NCBI GenBank assembly: GCA_951406725.2
Contig: OX597819.1
Span: 55,862,001-55,926,000 of the forward strand
Origin: Octopus vulgaris
Lineage: Eukaryota
DNA: 64,000 nt
Direction of reading: 5' to 3'
Positions 63,291 through 64,000 of this stretch are shown piece by piece. The translations under genes were made by a program, and so were the position numbers. The notes under the pieces are model-generated. The model did no database searches. It had not been told where the DNA came from and saw only the letters and a program-made list of their open reading frames with translations. Each line of letters begins with the position of its first letter. Positions within the stretch are counted from its first letter, which is position 1.

Positions 63291-63596
63291 ACACACACAT
63301 ACACACATAAATATGCATGTACGTATGTCTGTATCCGTCTCTTCTTTCCGTATCACTCTCTCTCTCTCTCTGTCTATAAAACTATCTATTATTGGATTGA
63401 TTTGAAAGAAAGGCCTGTAATCATGGTTTCAGGGGCCTCTCCTCTACCATGAAATTGGTGCCGTCAACTTATCTCATGAATTGCTACAAGAAATTACGGA
63501 GATGTACTTGCATAGCAAGTGATTTGATCTGAGATCGTGTGCTGAAACGAAAACAATTGCAGCGTGGAAGGTGTTTGTAAGCCATTTAAGAAACAC

Positions 63597-63814
63597 ACAA
63601 AAGCCGTTCGATTCACTTCAACATTTAAGTTTAATTTGTCAAAATATTTTCGTCGCTTTAAGACCGCGACCTGTTCACTGACAAAAAACCCGTGCTGCAT
63701 CACAATAGGTGATGCAGCACGGATTTTTGTCAGTGAACAGGTTGCGGTCTTAAAGCGATGAAAATATTTTGACAAATTAAACTTAAATGTTGAAGTGAAT
63801 CGAACGGCTTTTGT
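63597..63814. repeat. Fold-back element, ~107-bp arms with 5-bp spacer, each arm holding a hammerhead-like topology
   Basis: 63597-63703 is a near-perfect reverse complement of 63709-63814. Confidence 0.93.
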
Positions 63815-64000
63815 TACAAGAAAACATACGCAAAAAGGGAATTCCGGAGGACTGATGCCATGCGCGGTGACAGAACTGGACATAGCCGAGAGTGTTTAAA
63901 TGGAAACTGGCATGAGAGCAGTCAGTTAGCTTCGAGGAGGGAGCAGAGACTGCAGAAATGGTGTTATAATATGCAGCGAGAGGAGATAGTAGATCTATGG

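Overview
AT-rich, microsatellite-saturated animal DNA, not prokaryotic. The SINE families and repeat profile resemble octopus/cephalopod genomes (inference). Most of the window is transposable elements and simple repeats: three families of tRNA-derived SINEs, a complete but dead mariner, two mariner-derived short elements, a near-full-length R4/Dong-clade LINE embedded in (TAA)n plus two older Dong relics, two non-autonomous Helitrons and Penelope-like relics. One host coding exon is recognisable (42575-43458): a type II membrane protein resembling glycosyltransferase family 92/DUF23, with a plausible upstream promoter and non-coding exon; its downstream exons were not found. Two patterns stand out. 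(1) Several unrelated short fold-back elements carry minimal type I hammerhead-ribozyme-like motifs with canonical or variant cores. (2) One SINE family forms head-to-tail concatemers whose junctions recur at two fixed positions, one being complementary to the SINE's own 3' terminal hexamer. Nearly all short ORFs in the supplied track are microsatellite or SINE artefacts. All calls were made by eye and diverged-repeat boundaries are approximate.
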